NCBI GenBank assembly: GCA_051294375.1
Contig: CM119270.1
Span: 13,156,746-13,220,745, forward strand
Source of the DNA: Paraspadella gotoi
Lineage: Eukaryota > Animalia > Chaetognatha
Direction of reading: 5' to 3'
DNA length: 64,000 bases
Positions 57,771 to 64,000 of the stretch are shown here, one piece after another (the stretch's first letter is position 1; every line of letters starts with the position of its first letter). Below the pieces are notes generated by a model, which saw only the letters and a list, made by a program, of their open reading frames with translations, did no database searches and was not told where the DNA came from. A program made the position numbers and the translations under genes.

Positions 57771-59079
57771 TGTGAAGGCGCAGGTCCGGGGGTCCGATCG
57801 CCCGGAAAACAGAATCGGGCACCTGGGCTTTTTTTTATTTTTTATTTTTTATAAGGATGAAGACGAAAATTCTCTTTCCAACTTAGCCACAATGAAAATA
57901 TAATAAATAACTGATTAATAGGAATTTTTTAGACCCATAAGACAAACATACTATCGATGCTTTTAACTTTATCACATTTTCTAATAACGGATCAAATACG
58001 AAATATTGAATTAAATTGAATTAAATTAGATTTATTAAATTAAAAATAATGTAATCCACGAACTATGATCCTGGGCCATCTCCTTTGAAAAAAATCGATC
58101 GTTTATAAACTGTTATGGAAAGTCAACAACGACTAAACCGCCGGGACACCGCTACCGCCGCCGCCGCCGCCGCCGCCGCCGCCTCGTTTTTGTGACGGCC
58201 GAAAGTTCAAAGTTCTTATGAAAAATATCGTTACACTTTCTGATCCTGAATCTCTCCTTATTTTTCTTTATTTCGGCCAAAAAAAAGAAAGAGGGAGAAA
58301 AAAGGACGAAAAAAAAAGAAGAAAAATCGACGAAAGGGAAAATTTGGTAAGGGTAAGGGTAAGAGGTTAAAGGAAAGGTGGAGGTTATCAAAACGACCCG
58401 TTGCCCTGAGAAAAGTAAGAAATGAAGACAGCGAGGGGAAATGAGTGAGTCTAATAGGTGAGGGAGAAAGGGAAGAGATTTTAGGAAAGAGGGGTAGAGT
58501 CAGTTTGAGAGACTGTGTGTATGTGTGCGTGAAGGCCATAAGGAATACTGGAAAGGGTTAAAAAGATATATAAATATAGAAAAGATGAAATATGTAGAGG
58601 GAAGAAAAAAGATAGCTTGTTTATTAAATGAATGGATAATTTTTATATTGGTTGTATCAATTTCATAACATATTTATTATTCATTAAGAATAGAAAATGT
58701 GAGCAACAAATGAAGAAAAAAAAATGAAAAAAAAAGAAAGAAGAAAAAGAAAGTATAAAGGAAAAAAAAGTAAAAAAAGGAAAGAAGAAAAAGAAAGTAT
58801 AAAGGGAGAAAATGAGGAAGAAAGAGAGAAAATGAGTCGATAAATGAGATCAGAGTCGTGAAAAGATGGAACCTGTGAAAAATAACGCCACCTGGCAGAG
58901 CTGTTTCTACTATTTGTCTCTCTGGTGAAATAAGGACCATGAAAATGACGTCATTCGTTCAATTCCTTTTCATGCCCGAGTTGTTTTTCAAGATGACCTT
59001 CGGTCCTACTTATGTTGAATATTCATCAAGTATCAATGGGAATATTTCATTTGGCGACTTCTAATGAGTGTTTATCGTG

Positions 59080-59136
59080 TTTTATAATTTTATAATTTTA
59101 TAATTTTACAATTTTATAATTTTATAATTTTATAAT
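59080..59136. repeat. 9-bp repeat (TTTTATAAT)n, ~6 copies
   Basis: Read directly. Confidence 0.9.
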
Positions 59137-60250
59137 CCGCTCTTTCAAACCTTGACGCCTACACTCTCCATCAAAAACCCAAATTCACTGAAGTAAGAAA
59201 AAAAAACGAAGAAAATAGTAAAAATGTGCAAAAATGTAGAAAATGAATGTGAGAGTCGTGACTCGCGAGTGAGAAAAGAGGCGAATGTGAAAGTTCACAT
59301 CAATGGATTCCGCATCATTTCACGGCTTCTCTTAGATTCTATCCAAAGTTTTCGCCTTTTTTTTTATTCTGCGCTAAAACCATTTGTTCTTTCGTTCGCG
59401 TGGATTTCGTTCGCTTATCATTCTTTTTTATTTTTATTTTCTTCTCTTTTTATCCTTTTCTCCTTTTCTTTTTATCTTCGTTTTCTTTTATTTTTATTTT
59501 TAATTTTATTTTTATTTTTTCCCCCCTTTTTTTCTTTTAAAAAAATTTACTAGGTTTTCTTTTTCTTTTCTCATTCTTCTTTTCTTTTTCCCTTTACTTT
59601 TCTTTTCTATTTTTTTTTCTTTTTATTTCTTTTCTTTATTCTTTTATTTGTCTCTTTTCTTTCTTTACTTCTCTTTTTTTCTGTGAAAAGGATTTTCGAC
59701 TTTTGGGTTGAATATTCTCTCTCTCTCTCTCTCTCTCNNNNNNNNNNNNNNNNNNNNNNNNNNNNNNNNNNNNNNNNNNNNNNNNNNNNNNNNNNNNNNN
59801 NNNNNNNNNNNNNNNNNNNNNNNNNNNNNNNNNNNNNNNNNNNNNNNNNNNNNNNNNNNNNNNNNNNNNNNNNNNNNNNNNNNNNNNNNNNNNNNNNNNN
59901 NNNNNNNNNNNNNNNNNNNNTCTCTCTCTTCTATTCTTTCCATTGATTTATTTATATTTTCTCCCGCTATAAAGAAGACGATACTGACGACGACGGCCGC
60001 GAGACGATGACGACGATGTTCAGAACCGAAATTTACTACGACGAGAAAAACGCCAAACAAGAAAAGATAAGTTGACGATGACAGTGACGATGACGACGAC
60101 GACGGTGACGATGACGACGACGACAGCGACGATGATGATAAACGAATTCGGGATCACGTCTCGTCAGATGGCCTTTGTTGTTGTGGGCTCCCCTTGCGGA
60201 AAAAAACGAAGCTCTTTGGAGGTTTCCTCTCTCTTTCTCCGGTTTTCTTT

Positions 60251-60291
<41 letters not shown>

Positions 60292-60910
60292 TGTTTGTTT
60301 CTATCAGTTACTTTTGGTTCATAATTGAGTAAACAATACGTGAAAGGTTACATTTTTGTTGTTAGGAGATTCAATTATCATCCTTTTTTCTTTATTTTCT
60401 CCAAATTTCATTTTTCTGTAATCCAAATGAAGCAGAGCAGCTTATAATGTTTAATGTTGTTCTTAAATTTTTTCTGTAAATTGATTTTTTTCCTATGATT
60501 GATTATTTCTCGCATTCTTTATCATTCATTGATCCTAATCTATTAAAACGTTAAAATTCTCTCGTTTAAGTTGCCCAAGAAAATAGGATTCTAATTCTTA
60601 ATTACCTTACCAGTAGCCAACTGTGAATACAAGTTGTTTACTCCATCGATTCATCCAAAGTTGTGATGTTGATGTTGTGATCTCTCTCCATCTCTTTCTT
60701 CTTTCACCGCCTGTCGTTTCTTGAGCATCTCAGAGTTTGTAGAGCTTACAATAACGTAAAGCGTTTGATTCTCTCTCTTTTTCGGTCACTCATCGTCGTA
60801 GAGTCGTTTTAGTCGTCGTGGTCGTCGTCGTCTTCGTAGTCGTCGTCGTCGTCGTCGTCGTCGGAGTCGTTGTCGTCGTCGTCGTCGTCGTAGTCGTCGT
60901 CGTCGTCGTA

Positions 60911-60945
<35 letters not shown>

Positions 60946-63900
60946 CGTGGTGACCAGCGGCAGCTTTTTGTCTCCATTTTCGTCGATGTTTTCCTTGAAA
61001 GGTTTCGATCTTTCCTTTCCGCTCTNNNNNNNNNNNNNNNNNNNNNNNNNNNNNNNNNNNNNNNNNNNNNNNNNNNNNNNNNNNNNNNNNNNNNNNNNNN
61101 NNNNNNNNNNNNNNNNNNNNNNNNNNNNNNNNNNNNNNNNNNNNNNNNNNNNNNNNNNNNNNNNNNNNNNNNNNNNNNNNNNNNNNNNNNNNNNNNNNNN
61201 NNNNNNNNNNNNNNNNNNNNNNNNNNNNNNNNNNNNNNNNNNNNNNNNNNNNNNNNNNNNNNNNNNNNCTCTCACGCAACACAAACGCAAAAATCCGTTT
61301 CGGTCCATTAAAGACAGTTACTGATTTTGCCAAGGTCGATTAAGAACATTTTCACATTTCTTCTTCCTCGAAGCGAATCACACGCGCCGCCCCTCCATTT
61401 AAATAATGAAGGTCATTCCGACCGCGAACAATTGGAGTTTTTTTTAATTCAGTTTAATTTACTTATATTTAGTTATTTCTCACTTGTTTTTTTGAATTAT
61501 ATTGCTACGTTTATCGTTTATCAAATANNNNNNNNNNNNNNNNNNNNNNNNNNNNNNNNNNNNNNNNNNNNNNNNNNNNNNNNNNNNNNNNNNNNNNNNN
61601 NNNNNNNNNNNNNNNNNNNNNNNNNNNNNNNNNNNNNNNNNNNNNNNNNNNNNNNNNNNNNNNNNNNNNNNNNNNNNNNNNNNNNNNNNNNNNNNNNNNN
61701 NNNNNNNNNNNNNNNNNNNNNNNNNAAAAAAAAAGAGAAGTTTCAATTTTATAAAATGTTACTTAAATTTTATTTTCTGATTAACCGCTGCCGTTTCCTT
61801 CACTTGCCAGCTTCTCGGTCCATTTCAATCCTCTGATACGTACAACGGTTGCTCTTTTTTTTTTTTTACTCGTGTCGCGCTTAAACTGGCGCGGTTACGC
61901 CCTCCTCCGGAAGTGCCCCCCTTCGCCGTCTCGTAAGACGTCGCCGCCCCCCCCCCCTTTCGGGCGCGACGGGTGGCGGCGCCGACGTCGGCGACGTCGC
62001 GGGTGTCATCCGCGCCAGAAAGCGGCGTTTCCGCCCCCCCGTCATAGATGTAGCAGGTGTCGCCGGCCCAGCAGGTGCCGATTTTACCCCCCGGTCCAAT
62101 AATCCATTTCCAACTCGATTTTTCTTCTTTTACTTTTTTTTTTTTCTTTTTAGGAGAAAAAGGATGGAGGAAGACGGAAGGAGAAGGCAACAAAAAAAAA
62201 AGGAAAGATGAGGAAAGGGAACTGAGAAGGGAAAGAGGAGGAAGGGGGAAGGAATTAGGAATGATAAAGAGAACTAAGAAAGAAAAGAGAAGCAAAGGGA
62301 AGTTATTAAAAACGATAAAAAGAACTGAGTAGGGATGAGACGTCATCGTAATCGTAACGAGAAGGGAAAGAGGAGAAAAGGAAAGATATTAGGAACGATT
62401 AAAAAAAACCGAGAAGGAAAAGGGGAGGAAAAGAAAAGTGTATGAAGAACGTTTTAAGTCAGGTCTCTGGTCACCGTGGTAACCGGTGGTTGTTTAACCA
62501 CTGACCTCGCGCTGAGGACACTTGGGCCGACTTTTGGCTTTAAAAGCGGACAAGCTCACGACGTGAGCTTCAACTCTAAATATCTGTAATACTATCTCGT
62601 TAACCGTAATAATTGTTGTACAACTTCATTTACGTCGCCACAACGATGTAAAGAACTGAGATGGAAGGTATGAAAAACGAGAAATAGAACGAGAAAAAAA
62701 AAATAAAACGAGCTATTGAAAGATGCTATTCCGAAGAAAAGGAAATGAGAATGAGTAAAGAAGTGGAATCGTGCTGAGAAGAAAATGAGACGAGAGAAGG
62801 AAAAGAAATAAAACCCGAGGGAGGAAGGAAGGAAAAAATAAATAGGAGAGACAGGAAAGTTGGAAGGAGGGAAATAAAAGAAGTTGAGAGAAAAAGCAAC
62901 AGAAATGTTCTCGCGGAACGAGGAAAGAGGAAAAATAAAAAGAAAGAAAAAAGAAAATCTCGTCCGCTCGAATCGAGGGCCTTTTTATGACGGCAAAACA
63001 GTTTTTACCGGTCAAGGTCCCTGACAGATTGACACGGAGGTGACGAGGGCCACGAAGTAAAAGGAAAACCGGATAAAGTGGCGAAGAGAGAATTGAATAT
63101 AAAAAGTTGCGAACATGGAAGTGTGAAGGCATGGAGGCATGGAGAGAGTAAGGGCNNNNNNNNNNNNNNNNNNNNNNNNNNNNNNNNNNNNNNNNNNNNN
63201 NNNNNNNNNNNNNNNNNNNNNNNNNNNNNNNNNNNNNNNNNNNNNNNNNNNNNNNNNNNNNNNNNNNNNNNNNNNNNNNNNNNNNNNNNNNNNNNNNNNN
63301 NNNNNNNNNNNNNNNNNNNNNNNNNNNNNNNNNNNCCAAATAGAAAAAAAAAAATTAAAATAAGGCATATTTTCTTTAAAATTACGAACATGAAGTATTA
63401 ATATGCGAATAAACATCGATAGAATTACATAAAGACTGGAAAAAAAAAAGAAAGAGCCCAGAATAAATCAGCGAAGCCGATNNNNNNNNNNNNNNNNNNN
63501 NNNNNNNNNNNNNNNNNNNNNNNNNNNNNNNNNNNNNNNNNNNNNNNNNNNNNNNNNNNNNNNNNNNNNNNNNNNNNNNNNNNNNNNNNNNNNNNNNNNN
63601 NNNNNNNNNNNNNNNNNNNNNNNNNNNNNNNNNNNNNNNNNNNNNNNNNNNNNNNNNNNNNNNNNNNNNNNNNNNNNNNNNNNNNNNNNNNNNNNNNNNN
63701 NNNNNNNNNNNNNNACATGCCGACATTCCGGCATGTTCTCGCCTGGCCGAGGTGAAAGGAAAGACGTCTGCTTCGATTTTAAGACTCGAGGTGAAAACGT
63801 GATCGATGACTAATTAATTAGATTCACCTGTTGAGCGTTAAGGACACGAATGAGGTTTTTTTTTAAAATGAGATTAGACGTAAATTGGCGTTAACAGGAT

Positions 63901-64000
63901 CGTAGTGAATGGCGTAAATAAAATTGACGTGAATGGCGTTAATAGGATTCGACTTGAAAAGTGTCGGTGAGTTTTGACGGAAATGACGTCAATATCGTTG

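Noticed and set aside
58886-58899. CTCF-like motif (CTGCCAGGTGGCG on the minus strand)
   Set aside because: A single imperfect short motif with no supporting context.
59690-60060. Resemblance of the gap flanks to 9080-9440
   Set aside because: Similarity is limited to low-complexity CT/AT sequence and a few short words.

Overview
Microsatellite-dense eukaryotic DNA, most likely from an invertebrate (abundant CpG and (CGT)n/(GAC)n runs, long (GA)n tracts, 12 N-gaps). I cannot identify the species. No protein-coding gene is recognisable: almost every supplied ORF is a translation of simple repeats (ERER, SLSL, poly-F/K/R/T) or of N-gaps. Large parts look like a short-read scaffold patched with error-prone long reads. 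Three gaps are exactly 25 N, and three multi-kb 'duplications' differ mostly by single-base indels, so they are probably assembly artefacts. The supportable biology is non-autonomous transposons. (1) A 159-bp element at 42785-42943 has 38-bp TIRs, TGT...ACA ends and a 4-bp TSD, and encloses a tRNA-like A-box/B-box core; a longer, diverged relative lies on the minus strand at about 25024-25297. This is the most unusual signal. (2) A 647-bp fold-back MITE with a 9-bp TSD at 35825-36471, with a deleted copy at 54139-54410. (3) A Tc1/mariner-type MITE at 43726-44433. (4) Helentron/DINE-1-like elements with 3' hairpins. There are also several minisatellites and weak hints of minus-strand exons at about 46.8-48.2 kb.
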